Assembly (NCBI RefSeq): GCF_035594765.1
Contig: NC_085841.1
Span: 116,793,574 to 116,857,573 of the forward strand
From: Anolis carolinensis
Lineage: Eukaryota
Direction of reading: 5' to 3'
Length of the DNA stretch: 64,000 bases
The position numbers were made by a program, and so were the translations under genes. Each line of letters opens with the position of its first letter. Within the stretch, counting starts at the first letter, position 1. Shown here piece by piece: positions 63,193 to 64,000 of the stretch. The notes beneath the pieces are model-generated. The model was not told where the DNA came from. It made no database searches and worked only from the letters and a program-made list of their open reading frames with translations.

Positions 63193-63714
63193 ATGAGATA
63201 GGTGAATTAGGATTGTGAATTAGGATAGCCAAAGATCACAAGAACAGCTTAAATCCACAAGCACAAGGTATCCTTAGAAAAACTTGATTATGAATATAAC
63301 CACAGGAAAATTGAAACTACCAATATAGTTGAATCCCAAAACCGAAGGCTTAACTTGAAACATGGACCAGGAACTCAGGTCTAGCTTCTTACTCCAAATG
63401 CTACGTTGCCTGAGCTAACTTGAAAATAAACAGCATGCCCATGAAAGCATTTTGTCTTTCCTGAAATCTCTCCCTATCTTTCACATGCAAGCGCTCTGCT
63501 CTGTGAAGTGTATTGTCTGCTCTGATCTATAAATGAATGCCTGTGTTGATTTCTGAATCTCTGGGTGTTTTGGTACCACTGACTTCTCCGCTTGACTCTT
63601 CCTTATCTAATGTCTCTGGCTGCTTGGCCTGACCTTGAAGGCCTGCACTTTCACAGTCAACTTTCTCTCAGTAGAAGCATCATTCTCCTGGTCTAGGATC
63701 TACTTTCTCCATTC

Positions 63715-63922
63715 AGATTCCTAGGGAATACCTCTCTGGAAATATGTCTGCCAATGTGATTCTTTGGTCAGCTTCTAGTGGAGGTTGACTATAAAGGTAT
63801 GTTGGAAGACCTAGACATTTCTTGAAAGGAATCTTCATGTAAAAAATTGCAATTCCTTTATTCACAGTTCTTCACTTTCACAGGGGGCCTGTGCCCCTAA
63901 CCCCAGCAATGTAGGAGCCTGA
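63715..63922. mobile_element. Tigger/pogo-like MITE (family D), right part
   Basis: The end cacagggggcctgtgcccctaaccccagcaatgtaggag is similar to 48160-48213. Confidence 0.5.
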
Positions 63923-64000
63923 TTAAGTCAACAAAGCTTAGCAAATACTGTATGTGTTTGTGTGAGCATGCATGTCTGTGTGCTCTTTCTACAAGAACCT

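Noticed and set aside
2940-63200. CTGATGAG hammerhead-like cores (about 2941, 34107, 53097 and 63190)
   Set aside because: No downstream stem II plus GAAA or the required helices were seen.
1-64000. CRISPR arrays, operons, tRNA genes or other prokaryote-type systems
   Set aside because: No repeat-spacer arrays or dense coding. The box A/B motifs all belong to SINE heads.

Overview
AT-rich vertebrate genomic DNA, almost certainly squamate and most likely Anolis lizard. This is inferred from the repeat families, which I recognised from memory of their consensus sequences without a database search: Sauria SINE, Anolis SINE2, 5S-derived Sauria SINE, BovB/RTE, Vingi, L2, Penelope, and hAT/Tc1-mariner/Harbinger MITEs. 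The window looks intronic or intergenic. I cannot name any host gene, and every ORF in the track that I recognise is a decayed LINE ORF2 fragment. There are two assembly gaps. TE-poor, motif-rich blocks (about 11.7-13.4 kb and 14.8-15.3 kb) look like candidate cis-regulatory elements. I found no evidence for a wholly new biological system. The best second-look items are: an 821-bp solo LTR; a duplicated bipartite motif in the candidate regulatory block; seven short direct duplications with no element between them; a minimal hairpin-shaped Penelope insertion; three SINE/LINE tail pairs; and a speculative phase-compatible chain of four minus-strand exons. Boundaries are approximate unless a TSD or TIR is quoted.
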